64,000 bases of DNA, from positions 1 through 64,000 of the forward strand of contig JYFJ02000115.1 in NCBI GenBank assembly GCA_000934665.2, given 5' to 3'. The notes under the pieces were generated by a model. That model did no database searches. It saw only the letters and a program-made list of their open reading frames with translations, and had not been told where the DNA came from. This stretch comes from Catajapyx aquilonaris (lineage: Eukaryota). Positions 63,124 through 64,000 of the stretch are shown here, piece after piece (the stretch's first letter is position 1; the number at the start of each line of letters is the position of its first letter). The translations under genes and the position numbers were made by a program.

Positions 63124-63390
63124 TCACTTCTTCCTCTCCTTGACAGATCCGTCTTCAGTCCCAAAGTATGCCACTGCTGCCATACCAACAAACAGTCCAG
63201 TTTCGACAACGCCTGTAAATTGTTAAAAAATAATCAGAAAAGCTCTGTTTACTCTTCCATAACGGAAAGCAAATATTACACCACAGATACCTGGTATGCA
63301 CTTAATTTCTCGGTGAACTTTGTCCCAGTCTTTCACTTCCTTGAACTTCCAGTCCAGGATGAAATTGCTGTTGTCAGTAATGACAGGTCC
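63124..63390 (-). CDS. RPIA: Ribose-5-phosphate isomerase A, last two coding exons (5' part outside the window)
   Basis: Exons 63390-63291 (GPVITDNSNFILDWKF...IKCIP) and 63212-63124 (GVVETGLFVGMAAVAYFGTEDGSVKERKK*); minus-strand AATAAA at 63064-63069. Confidence 0.93.
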
Positions 63391-64000
63391 CTGTTGGTCA
63401 GAAAGAAAGAAAAAGATGGAAAACACCATAAACATATTGTTGTGTGCAGTACAAACTGTAAGTTCCTCATTTCCTAATTGTTGACATATGGACATTCTCT
63501 TTACACAAAACAGGAACAGGAAATGTAACGTGTGAGTCACTGTTATGATAACCCCCACTTTTGAAGGAAATACAATGAATCAGCCCACTTTTCAGTTGAC
63601 TTTCGTGATGCAATAACTTCGGAAAGAAAGATTCACTCCAGAAGTGTTTGCCTTCCACACACAGTTGCCTCTCAGTATGAACACACAATATTACTCATTT
63701 TCTGGTATCAGTTTCATAATGCGGTATTGTCTTGCCTAGCTTTTAAAATATTGTTTTCCACTGAAATATGTTAGCAGACAGGCACCGTCATATACAATTT
63801 CTCAATCAATAAATCATAAAAATGAGCAGACTGGGTAATAAATTATTGACCTGTGTAATTAATATCCTTAACAGTAGCCTATTAATTCTTCAATTAGCTG
63901 CCAAAATTTGTATGTAATCTGGTATGTCCTATCCAATACTCTTAGAAAATGGGTGGATGTGATGAAATCATTTGTACTAATGCAATATACTAATGTACTA

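Noticed and set aside
53850..63390. AKR cluster plus RPIA as a functional NADPH/pentose-phosphate cluster
   Set aside because: Adjacency alone; RPIA acts in the non-oxidative branch and no shared regulatory signal is visible.

Overview
Compact eukaryotic (animal, probably arthropod/protostome) genomic DNA with many 47-75 nt spliceosomal introns; there are no prokaryotic features, CRISPR arrays, rRNA or recognisable tRNA. Hand-spliced, frame-consistent gene models in order: TRUB1(-), an LZTS/ProSAPiP1/N4BP3 (Fez1) family gene(+) with a long regulatory 5' region, FNTA(-), a large (~1850 aa) mostly disordered protein with a TOPAZ1-like helical domain(+), a MAP9/CCDC181-like coiled-coil gene(-), TCERG1(+), four tandem aldo-keto reductases(-), and the last two exons of RPIA(-). 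Several Tc1/mariner and PIF/Harbinger-type MITEs are present, including a nested fold-back complex. Most notable: (1) an N-terminal myristoyl/palmitoyl-type extension (MGMCCAK) intact in one AKR paralogue and visible as a codon-aligned decayed relic in its neighbour; (2) an anti-Lepore-like chimeric middle AKR; (3) an invertebrate TOPAZ1-like gene lacking an evident CCCH finger and carrying SPxH repeats; (4) an alternative MGS-starting first exon for LZTS; (5) several candidate poison exons in TCERG1. Family assignments rest on recalled motifs, not database searches.
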